Below are positions 49,153 to 61,989 of a DNA stretch of 64,000 nucleotides, piece after piece. The DNA comes from Macrostomum hystrix (taxonomy: Eukaryota; Animalia; Platyhelminthes): positions 2,232,001-2,296,000 of the forward strand of contig CATNEN010000014.1 in assembly GCA_950097015.1 (NCBI GenBank). Reading direction: 5' to 3'. Numbering within the stretch: position 1 is the first letter of the stretch; each line of letters starts with the position of its first letter. Both the position numbers and the translations under genes were made by a program. The notes under the pieces are model-generated. The model worked only from the letters and a program-made list of their open reading frames with translations, searched no databases and was not told the DNA's origin.

Positions 49153-52100
49153 ATGGGCCGGCTGAAGTCTCTCAGCAAGCGAGTGTCCGGGCAGAAAACC
49201 TTCGGAACGCGCAAGCCTCGAAAAAGGTCAGTCTGCCGGTTGGCTGAACAAGGACCGCCGGCTATTCTTTATTTTTAGTCGAAGCTGCAAGTTTATCGAT
49301 ATCTGATTGCTTCGAGTATTTGAGTACATGTATTTGAGCGATTGATAAATTACACCAGCCCAGTTTGGCCAGATGTACTTGTTCAGTCCGTGGACAAGGG
49401 AAGGCTGCCCTGGCTATATTTCTACCTTCAGCTGATGCCCATTTTACAGCTGGGTGAACTGGACCAATAGCAAATTTTCTCCTTGGGCTGAGATTCGAAC
49501 TCACGACCTCTCGATCAGAAGTTGGCAGGTCTAGCTACCAGACTAAAAGCCTCTTTTATCGTGGTAAATAATCAAACAGTAAATCCACTTACGGTATCAT
49601 AATTAAGGTTAGATTTAGTTTTTTACGGTTGACGAAGAAAGTAACGAGCGTTAACTGAGGAAGTAATGCACGTTGACTAAGAAATAACGCAACTGTTAAA
49701 CAACCGAAAGGCAACCTAGTCAGCTGACTTTCACGGCCAATCACCGAGCATCAACGGCCAGCTCCGTGCTGCAGTCGCTGCTTACACTCTACGGCTTGGT
49801 GACCCTCATGCACGGCGTAGTCATTCCAATCAGCGACGCTCTCGCCAAGCCTGTTGAGCACGCCGCCTACAGACAGGTGAGTAAATAGACTGCGGCCGAG
49901 TCAGGATTTAGCTGGACTGACATTCAGCACCATCCAATCCATTATGCAGATGTTCTACATCTTCATGCACGGCATTGGCATAATGTGCATCATTTACCTA
50001 AACTGGCTGATCTCTTTTCATCAGCGCCGATCGAAGAGGCGCTCAGCAGCTTCGGCAGCAGCCGCCGCAGCAGCCGAATTTGCGTCCGAAGGCATCAGCT
50101 TCAGCCACCAATCGAACGGGTAGGGCTTCTCATTTGAAATTACCTGCTGTTCCTGCTGCATGCAGTTTATGGACAGGTCTCTTCCGTGTCACATTATAGA
50201 TGTCTTTATTTCACACAGGTGTCTCATTGCCACACAGGTGTCTTCTCATTGCCACACAGGTGTCTCATTGCCACACAGGTGTCTCATTGCCACACAGGTG
50301 TCTTCTCATTGCCACACAGGTGTCTCATTGCCACACAGGTGTCTCATTGCCACACAGGTGTCTTCTCATTGCCACACAGGTGTCTCATTGCCACACAGGT
50401 GTCTCATTGCCACACAGGTGTCTCATTGCCACACAGGTGTCTCATTGCCACACAGGTGTCTCATTGCCACACAGGTGTCTCATTGCCACACAGGTGTCTC
50501 ATTGCCACACAGGTGTCTTCTCATTGCCACACAGGTGTCTCATTGCCAGACAGGTGTCTCATTGCCACACAGGTGTCTCATTGCCACACAGGTGTCTTCT
50601 CATTGCCACACAGGTGTCTCATTGCCACACAGGTGTCTCATTGCCACACAGGTGTCTCATTGCCACACAGGTGTCTTCTCATTGCCACACAGGTGTCTCA
50701 TTGCCACACAGGTGTCTCATTGCCACACAGGTGTCTTCTCATTGCCACACAGGTGTCTCATTGCCACACAGGTGTCTCATTGCCACACAGGTGTCTCATT
50801 GCCACACAGGTGTCTCATTGCCACACAGGTGTCTCATTGCCACACAGGTGTCTCATTGCCACACAGGTGTCTTCTCATTGCCACACAGGTGTCTCATTGC
50901 CACACAGGTGTCTCATTGCCACACAGGTGTCTCATTGCCACACAGGTGTCTCATTGCCACACAGGTGTCTCATTGCCACACAGGTGTCTTCTCATTGCCA
51001 CACAGGTGTCTCATTGCCAGACAGGTGTCTCATTGCCACACAGGTGTCTCATTGCCACACAGGTGTCTTCTCATTGCCACACAGGTGTCTCATTGCCACA
51101 CAGGTGTCTCATTGCCACACAGGTGTCTTCTCATTGCCACACAGGTGTCTTCTCATTGCCACACAGGTGTCTCATTGCCACACAGGTGTCTCATTGCCAC
51201 ACAGGTGTCTTCTCATTGCCACACAGGTGTCTTCTCATTGCCACACAGGTGTCTTCTCATTGCCACACAGGTGTCTTCTCATTGCCACACAGGTGTCTCA
51301 TTGCCACACAGGTGTCTCATTGCCACACAGGTGTCTCATTGCCACACAGGTGTCTTCTCATTGCCACACAGCTGTCTCAATGTTAGATATGTCAAGGGGA
51401 TGAGGGGCAGAGCGGTCTAACGCGTTTGTCTCTCGCACCAAGTTCCCTGAACTCGATTCCGCCGCGACGAGGCCACATTCATTTCGAACGCTGCCACGGA
51501 GAGAAGGCTTGGTGGCTTATCGAGCAATCTACGCCCTTGAGGACCAACATCATAGGCACAGTGAAATGTACACTGCCTGACGATGAGAAAGTTAGGGCAG
51601 ATGGTAACACCTTTGTTAGCGAGTGCTTGCGTACGGTATCTGTGTGCGTGTGTGCTCAGGAGTCAGCGAAACGGGCAGAACTGCCTCCTCGCTGGCTGCG
51701 GATCTAAAGTGTCACCAAATGATGTGCCATTTCCCACAGGCCTCCTGCAAGTAATATTATATTATAATTATTTTTTGGTATCTCACTGTTAGACTGGTGT
51801 CTTACTGTGTCCAAGGCCATGTCCCACACTGCATCGCATTGTTCTAATTTTAGTCGCCGCCCGGCAACCATCGAGATTCCGATCGGGCTGCGTGATCTGT
51901 CACCGCCGGCTGTCCAGGATCCCCTCCTAGAGGAAGCAGAAACTGCTAGGCGATCCCACCCTTCTGCCGACCCTGAAGTTCCACTGGCAACAGCCGAAGA
52001 GGACACGGATAGTGCAGAGCAGGAAGCAGCGGTTGCTGTCTATGCCGACGATCCCGGCTCCGGTGACAACACCGGCGGCGGCGGCGGGGGCTCGCGTCGT

Positions 52101-55100
52101 GGCGTTCTGTACAAGCCTCGCAGGCGAGCACTGAAGCGAAATCCGCTGGTGACCGACCTGCCGCTGATGCCTGGCAGGACTGTTTCCGGCTTTGAAGCCA
52201 CAGCCGTCACAACTGCCGATGGCAATTATTATATGCCTACACCTGCTAGTCAGCTGCCCGAGACTCCAGGTGAAGCAATTGATCTTACAGCTCTTCTACG
52301 AGCGATAATCATTTCCTGACTCACTCTTCCAATAGCCCTGACAGTAAATTTTAGCAGTCTTGAAGGTTTTCCGACTCTCTGAAGGCCTGAAGGTTAACTT
52401 ACTCTCGTCCACCCTGAAACCTCACCCGCAGAATCTCCATTCACACCCAGCGCATTCAACGTGAGCCCTATCACTCAATCTGAAACTGGAATCAATCTTT
52501 ACCTTCGACTGGGTGCAATTGGTGAGTCACGTGATTAGGAGGATCTTGGGAGGATTAATACTAGATTTTTTATTTTCTAGGAATTTGAATCGCTTCTCCC
52601 CGCTGTTTTACATTGAAGTGTTCGGATTCGGTATCATGATTCACGACGGCTTCAAGATCTCGGAGGTGATCGAACGCAAAGGCATCTCAGCTTGTCAGGA
52701 CATTTGGTTCATTCCCAAGCAGGTCATCCACCTGGTGTTCATCATGGCTCAGACCTACTACCTGTTCAAGCACCATCGGGTGAGACCATATTTTACTAAA
52801 CGACACTTTCCAGCATTGCACATATCCCACCGTCTCGCATTCTTAGATAACTTTCAACACTCAGCTGCCGTTGATTCGCTTCATGATGGTGCACCTGATT
52901 GTCACCAACTTGTGCATCTGGGTCAAGACTGTGATCTACGAGATCAAGGTGGGCTTAACAGCGAATTTGCTCAGTAAACTTGAGAACTCCAAGGTCGACC
53001 CGTCGAATGCGACTACTGATAAAGTTGTGTTCGTCCCGGACCTCAGAAACCTCAGCGCCTCCTTCATCGCGGTATCCAGCAATGCGACTGGTGAGCTGCA
53101 TGGGTGCTGTACAGAATTGACAGACAGGTGAAGAGTGTACAGATAGGTGTAGAGTGTACAGACAGGTGTAGAGTGTACAGACAGATATAGACAGACTGAG
53201 CAGACAGGTATTGAGTCAGGACAGGTACTGTCTTATAGCTGTACACAGGCGCAGAGAATGAAGGCTGTACATTGTGACATATTCAGGCTGTCTGGACAAT
53301 ATTATTGAAGAGGGCTCCTCGCACAAGCTCGCGCCCTACCTGTACCCGTGCGCCGTTGAATACGGCCTTATCTGCGCTGCGATCTGTTTCAAGATATTCA
53401 GCACGATCGGCGACACGAAGGTGACGCCATACGGCAAAAAGATGTACCCGGAAGGTCCCAGGTTCACCGCGTGCCACAAGTCGCACAAAGGGCTATTCCT
53501 CGGCCTGCTAATCATGATCTGCGTGCTGGTGCCAATGATCAGCCTGCAACTGCTGGACTCAATGGACAAGGTGCGATAATAATGCTGGTGATTTTCCATT
53601 CCAATGATTATTGCTTCGCATTTCTGTCATAGAGGTTGCTTGTTCGAATCTCAGCTTCGAATGAAAAAGAAATTTTATTTCCCATTGCTTCATTTCCCCC
53701 ATATGTAAAATTGGGATTAGATTTGGCTTTGGTGGCCGTGGCGGCCCTTTAGACCATGGACTGACTGGTTGTACACAATGCATGGCAGTATATCTGACCC
53801 AGTCCGGTTAGAGCTCAGTTAGGTATCATTAGGAAGCCAAACACCTGACAGATCCTAACCAATCAAGCATCAAAATCCTGACCGCAGTCGCACCAGAACC
53901 TGTACATGCTGGTGGTGTTGAGTGTGGAGTGCGTGGTGCTGCTGTTCACATCCGGGATGTCGCTTCTGGGCACGGCCAAGACCCTCCGGCACCTACGGCT
54001 GTACAGAGTCCGCGGCAACGAAGCCTTCGACGTCAACCTGCTGTTCGTTGGCCTGGCCGGCGTGATGTGCTATAACCTGTTCGTGTCCATCTCAGTCGGC
54101 TCCTGCGCTGTGGATTCAAACGATTTCGGCCACTGTCCGAGATGGACGGGGCATCGCAACTTTATCACCAAGGCCGCCGGCCTAAAGGTGAGTTGGTTGG
54201 CGTCTGTTTGAAATCGATTGGTTAGGTTTGTAACGTTTTTTCTAGTCTACTAACAGTAGCCAGTAAAGATTTTAAACGACCCATAACGCTTCAGACTAAA
54301 TTATAAAGTGCTAGTCAAGTTGAATGACTTTTAGTCAATTTATTAAGTGGAAATTGTGGAAAATTGTTGAAGACGTACTTTTAAGCAAAATTCCTTGAAG
54401 TTTGCTTAAGGATGGATTAAACAACGGTTTTTTAAATCAAATTCATTCGTCGTGAGCCATTTTGATGTAAAGAGCTGCGTTCAATTTAGGAATCGGAAAT
54501 CAATGTATATCGGACATCGTTACTTCATTGTCTATGGTATTCTTCGATCTGAACTGCGTTCTGTAATCTGTTGTGACTTTTTTAAATGAATTGAGTCTTT
54601 CAGTAAGAGCCAGTGTTTACGGCACTGAACGAACCGAAAACGGCAGGCCGAAAATCAAATATGTAGCCAAGAGATAAGGGTGGCAGAAGGGTAACACGAG
54701 TAAGGACGGGCCAGAGGGTAAGAGCTGAAAAGGAGGGGTGAGGAAAGTAAGACGAGCAGCTAGCCAATCAGAGACGAGGGACAGGAAAGAGAAGTGAAGG
54801 TCCGATAATAAGTTAAACAGATAGAGGGACAGAGAAGAAAGTACAATAAGAGGGCGCGCGAGAGTAAACAAGCACAGAGAAAGGGGGAAGTATAATAACA
54901 GCTTACCCGAAATTAAAAAATCCGAAATTCACGTCTTTTCCACAGACATCATTTATTGTCTATGGTAGTTTTCCATTCGAGCTGGTTTCAATTTCAGAGA
55001 CAGCGGTATATATATGAGAAGCCACCGAGATTCAAAAGTGCTGTTTTTAGGGGGTTCAAGACGAACGAACATGGTGTACGAGGGAGGGAGATCCCTCGTA

Positions 55101-55769
55101 ACATCTTAACGCGTAGCAACCACTCTGCTTGTCATCTCGAATGGTGGGAGCTGTTTTCGCAAATTCACTTCAAGCCGATTCATTTCAGCAAATCTCTCTT
55201 AAGTGCTGTCACGATTAACTCATGAGTCATAGTCTCAAATTAATATTCTCAAATTAAGCGCTTGTTTTTTTCTGATTTAAACGGAGCTTCGAAACATTTT
55301 CTGACATCCAGCAGCTTCTCATAAATAATTAGCGGTCATTGCACTCCACTTAAAAAACTTCTCACACATTTTCGATAAACTTTTCGAGAGTCACGCAAAC
55401 CACCTCCCTCCTTGTCCGCAGTCCCTTCTGGAGGTGGTGCAGTCGATTTCGCAGACTCTGTTCATCATGCAGGGCATCCAGCGCCGCATCACCCTGCAGC
55501 TGGTGATGCAGAATCACAAGCCGGGCCGAGGGCTGGCGATCGGCCTGCTGATCGCCAACCTGGCCATGTGGATCGAGGCCGTGTTCGAAGCCAAGCGCAG
55601 CTTCGCCGAAGACTTTCCACAGGAGTACTTCGGCTCGATGGCATGGAGCATTGTGAAGTACATCTTCCTGCCCCTGATCATCTTTTACAGGTTTCACTCC
55701 TCCGTGTGCCTCTCCGAGATCTGGATTCGCAGCTACAAGATGCCGAAAAAGAAGCGCGTCATGGACTAA
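49153..55769 (+). CDS. Otopetrin-family proton channel, about 10 exons
   Basis: Exons 49153-49226 (less certain), 49720-49876, 49950-50119, 51854-52269, 52432-52521, 52619-52779, 52847-53090, 53287-53570, 53888-54187, 55422-55769, all phase-consistent. Motifs INLYLRLGAI-VFGFG, HLIVTNLCIW, YLYPCAVEYGLICAA, LLIANLAMW and PLIIFYRFHSSVCLSEIW. Confidence 0.9.
49330..49551 (-). mobile_element. tRNA-derived SINE, second family
   Basis: Minus strand carries the ggtcgtgagttcgaatc B-box followed by agttcacccagctgtaaaatggg, a motif typical of SINE central domains. Confidence 0.6.
50211..51375. repeat. 19/22-bp minisatellite (cacacaggtgtc[ttc]tcattgc), about 58 copies, otopetrin intron 3
   Basis: Tandem units with a 3-bp length variant. 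Confidence 0.97.
51396..51770 (+). mobile_element. tRNA-derived SINE, family 1, copy C (longest)
   Basis: Homologous head, middle and 3' domain with an AT-rich tail. Confidence 0.88.
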
Positions 55770-56840
55770 GTGCGAGCCTTAGCAACCACTTAGCTTATTG
55801 CTTTGCATTATTTGGTATTTCACATGCTTAATAAAAACAGATCGTCCCATATTAACAAAGAACTACGTAGCAACCGTAGCAACGGTTCCTAAGCAACCAT
55901 CATATAGTACCAAACAAATTTTTCGTCTTAAACAGTCAAAAATTTTAATTGCGGCATGCAAATTTATTTTTTAAAAACTTCATTAGTATTTTATATTTTG
56001 CTTTTAAAAATTTTCCAGTGCTCCTGAATCCTTTTTCAATTCTCAGTCGTGTTCTACCTTTGCGAGCAAGAAAGTATTTATTCGTATTCAACGAACCTAA
56101 TCTAATTGAGTCGTAAAGTTCATCATTTTACTTTGTGCTGTTCAGTCAAAGTAGTGATTTGTTAGTCCCAACTGCTACCGAAGTATTTTCGTTTGCTTGC
56201 CGAAAAAATCTGTCTTTGACATTTCTTTGAGTTTTTCTATCGATTTTTGTAGGCCTTATAGTTTCCTACTAATTTTTCATATCTGATTAATACGTACTAG
56301 TTATATATGATAAATGCTTTTACTCATCAGGGAACCCTGGAGATGTTGGCACCGTTCTATTCGTTCTAAAATGTCACATTCTACTACTTTTGCCGGTTTT
56401 CAAAGTGTGTGTTATTTTAGGCGCATTTGTTACACCTACAAATAGCATTGTGAGACAAACTAAATATACTGTAAACTAAAATACCTAATATTTCACCTTT
56501 TGTTACAATAATTTTTTATATATGGAATCTAACAATAACTGTATGATTTTGGGCACCTCTTCCGCAAAGACGCTTCAAGCCTTCAACTATGCAAGATTGG
56601 TGCGCGCTCCAAATGTCTATGGCCCAAATATAACAAGTCGTTTTTTGTCTTTTTTTGTCTTAAAAGCTAGATTTTTTGTCTCTCAGCCAAAGAGCGCTGA
56701 GGTAGGCGCTGAGCACAGACTCAGAAGCAGATTTCAGAACACTTTTCGATTTATTGAGTAAACTTTGTCAAGAATTTATTCAAGAATCTTATTATGTTGA
56801 TTCGAGTTATCACAGTGGGTGATTGTCTCAGCCATCGACC

Positions 56841-59800
56841 ATGATTAGCCGCAGCTGTACCAAGTACGGCTCAGTGCTGTGCCGCCTGATGTTCATATTC
56901 AACCTCCTGTGCATTGGCTACCCGGCCTACCTGGCCTTTCACTACTATTACCTGACACCAGGACAGGGGCTGAGCCCCGTTGACAGCCACGCTTGGAGAC
57001 CCGTGCCCGACCCCGAGCTGAGCAATGACCGCCCAAGTGGCGGCCAGGACAGCTTGGCGATGCGTCTAGCAGGGAGGCTGCCACCGCCTTCGCAGCCTTC
57101 GCAACCGCGGCCACCGCGCAGGGATCTAGATCACCTGGTAGCAGGTGAGCAGCCGACTAGCGAGAGGACTGTCAGGAGGGAATTTGCTGTCAGTAGAGAA
57201 GGCTGTCAGGAAGGTTGCCGGAAATGCCGTCAGTAAGAATGTCAGTAACGCTGTCAGTAAGTCGTCAGGGAGGCTGTCAGGAGAGAAGACTATCATGTGG
57301 ATATTGCATGGCTGTCAGTAGGGAAGGCTGCCTGACGGGAAATAGCTATCAGGAAGGAATTAGCGGTAAGGAGAAATTGGCTGTCGAGAGGCAATTGGTT
57401 GTCAGGAGTGAGGGCTGTCAGTCCGAAAAGTCTGGATCACCTTTCGCAGTTAGTGGGGCTGATCGGAACACCCATTGATTTCCTTTCCACAGACTTGAAA
57501 CCGAAGCCGCAATTGAAACCGGCAGCAGACGGCTCCGGTGACTCCAACAAGAAGGCCTCAGCCGCTGCTGCCAGCCGGACCGGCCCGTTGAAGGTGTTCG
57601 TTGTTGAAGAGCATCATGAAGGTGGGCTGAACTGTGAGATCAGTCAGGGCTCGTAAATACAAGAATCGATCAGAATTTTCAATCTATACCTTCTGTGATT
57701 GCCGAAATTACTTCGTAAAGTTTTCGATTCTGAAGATATCTTTGAAATTGCGTAAATGCTTTGTTTCCATTTGGTTTATCTTCATGTGGTCTCTTCTGAT
57801 TCCATGAGGTCTCTTCTGATTCCATGTGGTCTCTTCTGATTCCATGAGGTCTCTTCTGATTCCATGAGGTCTCTTCTGATTCCATGAGGTCTCTTCTGAT
57901 TCCATGAGGTCTCTTCTGATTCCATGAGGTCTCTTCTGATTCCATGAGGTCTCTTCTGATTCCATGTGGTCTCTTCTGATTCCATGAGGTCTCTTCTGAT
58001 TCCATGTGGTCTCTTCTGATTCCATGTGGTCTCTTCTGATTTCATGAGGTCTCTTCTGATTCCATGTGGTCTCTTCTGATTCCCTGAGGTCTCTTCTGAT
58101 TCCATGAGGTCTCTTCCGATTCCAAAAACGACCACTGATTTGACGTGGAGGCTTTTGATAAATTTATGTAAATAGATTTCGATAAAGTAGATTAAGGGAT
58201 GTCTTCAGTCTGTTTCCGCCACAGCTACATGTACCTTTCGTTTCATCTTCCGATCCTCTTAAGAGAATATAATCTGTTCGCATGCCTTGCTCCACCCGCA
58301 GTGCTGCCCTACTGGTTCAGAGTACACAAAGAGGAGTCACAGCGAATCGGAACCAGACTGCCTCCACTCTCGCTGGTAAGTTGCTCACTGATAGGGCTGT
58401 AATGCGATTCCTTCCTTAAACGCGCGTCGAAGGTTCGAGTCCTTATAGAGGTCGTACACACTGAGTTGACTTGCACACAGTCTCATTACAAGTCAATCTA
58501 GCATATTTTAATAAATAGGTTACAATACAGAAACTTACAATACAGTAACACATGCAGCAATGAATTTTACCACCTGAATTTCCAGGTGCACATTGACGGC
58601 CATTCAGACGGTGCACCAATATTACCTGATCGAAGATATCCGTTCAAGGCCAAAGTCAGCAAAGAGAAGCATATCAAGTTTCTGATGACTTCCAACGATA
58701 ACTTCGTGATGGTAAGCGTTGCTATGGACTCCACGATACCGAGAAATTCGAAGGTAAAATCGTACCATTACATTGACAGGGCTCCAAAGTAGCAGGACTG
58801 GTCTCCAACGGTCTGTGGATCTTCCCCAGCTGGCTTCAATTGTCCGAGTTCAATTTGACAGGTCAGGAGATGCGGGGGACATTGGCTCCGTGATGCTTGG
58901 AGACATGGGTTCTCTGATTATGGGGATATTGTTTCTCAGATGCTGGAGGACATATTTTGGGGTGCTATCACAAGCTCAAAATTTCACAACACCGAGAAGC
59001 AATTTTTTTCACAAGGTCGAAACTTCACAACGTCGAAAACTAAAATAGCAGCTACCTTCACTAGGTCGAAACTTCACAACGTCGAAAACTAAAATAGCAG
59101 CTACCTTCACTAGGTCGAAACTTCATAAGCTCGAAACTTCACAACGTCACAATTGTTTCAGCACAAGAAATCCAAGGTCTCCTGGTCTAACCTTATGGCA
59201 GTCCAGAGTGCGGCAGTTAAAATTGAATACTAACCCAAAAGCTATCAATATTTAAGTGTTATATTTTTGTTTCTTTTTCCAGCATGGGACAAAAGCTCTG
59301 AGTAGTACTTCATTTTGGTAATGTATTGATTAGAAATTATTACTGTTGGTAAGGTAATAAGGTACTCGTTGGTGTATTGTGAAATTTCGACCTTATGAAG
59401 TTTCGACCTTGTGAAGAAAGGTGCTTTCGACGTTGTGAAATATCGAGTTTGTAAACCCCCGTTTAGTATAAAATAAACCTTCTGATGCAATTATTTGCGT
59501 AAAGTAAGGATCATTTATTGAAGAACACTGCATATACTAGCATGCGTTGGATTTTCCTATCCTTATGTTGCGCAATGGAACTAGGGCACAAACTGAAAAA
59601 GAACTTGCGCAAAGGCCAGCCAATCACTGATGCCCTAGCGTTTTGGGAGTGGGGTGGGTGAGAAATTACTTCATAAGCCGATCGGCAGAAAGAATAAATG
59701 CTTATGTGCATCGCTAGTGTCTAAAATCCATAGATATAACTAATTATCCATCTTCGCGCAGATGTGGATATCGCCACCACCGGTGTCACCAAGGTGAACG

Positions 59801-60960
59801 GCACCCTGCAGGCCTGCAGCTGCCCGGAGTATGAGCAAGACCGGCATCCGATAATGTCAGCAATAACAAACACCACAGACACATGTTCCATGGACACCCG
59901 CATTGATCTCAGCCGGCGCATGTGGTTCGATAAGAAGTTCTGTTATTTCCGCAAGGGCCCATTCTTGCAGGTGAATACTGCGGAGAACAAAATCACAAAG
60001 GACATTATGTCGGCTGTCCTAACAAGAAAAATTCAACTGCCAAAGGAAAGACCCGAGGATAATTCAATAAAAAGTCTAGTTACTAACGAGGGCGGTCCCA
60101 ACGACTATCTGCTGGACATCGACGAAGACTACTTTGGCGTGCAGTTGACAGGTCGTCAGCTGGTGAGCTCCGGCATATCGCTGAAGCTGCCGAACCGAAT
60201 GCGTCAAAGCCTGGAGCACCTGTTCTGCCCCAAAGTTGCCAGTCACGAGGCGGATGCGGATCGCTGGTTCGTCACCTTTCTTGACGCTGTGGCCAAAGCG
60301 CACGAGAAGTGTAGCGGCGCCGGAGGAGGCGATGAAGGCTGCAGCCCGTCAGACATTGCTGAGCGAGTCGCTGAGGACCGGAACGTCATGACCCTCCTGC
60401 GCAAAGTCGCTTGTCCGCAGCTGCCCCGGATGCAACTGCGTCCGCTGACACAGAAGGTGGCAGCTGTGATGTCAGGCCTCAGTCCGGACCAAGTTCGCGT
60501 GCTGCAGAGCATCGGCCTGTGCCTCGGGATGTCATTGCGGACCAACCTGGAGCCGCTGGACTCGCTGGTGAAGGACGGCTCTCAGAAGGCCACCGTCGCA
60601 GGACCGGAGCCCGTGGTGAAGCTGTGCCTCGGCCACAACCTGCCGAACGAGTCCGTCGTGCAGGAGTTCCTGGACACTCGTGAGGGCGTCGACGCTCGCA
60701 TGGAGCGCATGACGCAGCTGCTGCGCCGGCTGCCGAAGGCGCCAGTGGCCGTGACAATCTGCCGCAGCTCCCGCGACGGCTACGTACCGCGGCACCAGAT
60801 GGGCCGCATCGAGGCCGGCATTCTCAAAGCGCTGCGTGACGTGTTCGGCGAATTGAAAGTTGAGTACGACTCAGACCTGTTTCACGGCCGCGAGGGCTGG
60901 TATGAGTACAAGGCCAGACAGCTGGGGGCCAGCTTCAAGCCGGCCGCGCCGAAGATCTGA
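56841..60960 (+). CDS. UPF0489/C5orf22-like protein with N-terminal TM anchor, 6 exons, about 637 aa
   Basis: Exons 56841-57144, 57493-57621, 58302-58375, 58586-58711, 58780-58861, 59762-60960. Motifs [45 protein letters not shown] and [13 protein letters not shown]. Confidence 0.82.
57785..58120. repeat. 20-bp minisatellite (tccatgaggtctcttctgat), about 17 copies
   Basis: Tandem units in intron 2 of the UPF0489-like gene. Confidence 0.95.
58958..59460. mobile_element. MITE-like element with degenerate inverted ends and ttcacaacgtcgaaa subrepeats
   Basis: 58976-59030 resembles the reverse complement of 59385-59449; internal 50-bp duplication; GGGG...CCCC ends. Confidence 0.5.
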
Positions 60961-61989
60961 TTGGCCATTGTGACTGACAACCAGGCCCGATGAATTATTG
61001 ATGACTTTGACACGGCAAGGACCGTGGAAATTATGCAACATTAGCTACAATTCACTGGAGCAGAATGTAGTCTAAAAATAGAAGCAACAAGTAAACAGAT
61101 TTCATTTACATGTGCTGTAATCGTATACACAATGAGCAGCTGCTGCAATGCTTCAATGTATGGTACTCTAAGTACATTTTTCACAGAGATTACCAAAGTA
61201 CATATGTGCCAAGGACCATTTGTAGTTAGTTACTATTTAACTAAGTTAGTTACTATTTAACTAAGTTAGTTACTATTACTACTAACAATCCCTCCTTTGA
61301 CTGAGCATCTAAAGTACAATGATGAACTTCATGACTTAATTACCGTATTCTACGCTCGTAGATTAGTTTTGTTGAATGCGAATAAATACTTTCTTGCTTA
61401 CAAAGGTAGAACACGACTGAGTATTGAAGAAGCATTCAGTAGGTAATACTTGCGAAGTTTGTTTAAATAAATTCGCTATGCCGCAATGAAAAATGTTTGA
61501 CTGTTTAGGACAAAATAATAGTTTGCTACTATCTGATGCATGCTTGTAGCAACCGTTGCTATGTAGTTCTTTGCATTTTGGGCCAGCACACGACGTCTTA
61601 AAACATTATTACAGGATATTTCGGGATAAATATACACTGTAATATCTTATAACAGGATATTATTCTCACTGTGGGTTTATGTTCAATAAGCTGCTATGTG
61701 TATTGCTTCTCTCACGCCGTAGCGGGTTAATTCAACCGAACCTTAAAGTTTAAATTGCGGTAGTGGCTCAAACTCGCTGCAAAGTCCTCATCCCTTCGAG
61801 GGGTGATGCTAACGACTACGGAACCACCAGGAGGTCCGCTGCTATGCGGACAGATCCCTTAAAGACGGCCTTGTCGGCTTTGGGGTCCTCATCCTGATCA
61901 ACGGCCGCATCTTCGCCACGCACGCCCAACATACTGGGAGGCCTTCCACGCCGTATCCAGAATTTAATTCCAGAATTCATTCCAGAATT

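Noticed and set aside
51560-51600. Hammerhead core (ctgacga...gaaa) in the SINE middle region
   Set aside because: Only 3 nt separate CTGACGA and GAAA, so stem II cannot form, and stems I and III are not evident.
515-58120. CRISPR-like arrays
   Set aside because: Units are head-to-tail with no unique spacers, there are no cas genes, and the context is eukaryotic.
471-58135. Long repetitive ORFs (471-1071, 2492-4177, 6523-6931, 21385-23029, 38412-39327, 47474-48286, 50160-51420, 57679-58135)
   Set aside because: They are translations of stop-free tandem repeats, open in several frames or strands and lying inside introns or UTRs.
58385-58460. tRNA gene (ggttcgagtcc)
   Set aside because: B-box/T-arm only, with no matching acceptor stem or A-box; at most a tRNA or SINE relic. 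No complete tRNA, rRNA or spliced-leader RNA gene was recognised in the window.
8605-60795. Antisense and alternate-frame ORFs over GC-rich exons (e.g. 9023-9433, 23372-24082, 46583-46921, 60243-60795)
   Set aside because: Expected shadows of GC-rich coding sequence with no recognisable domains.
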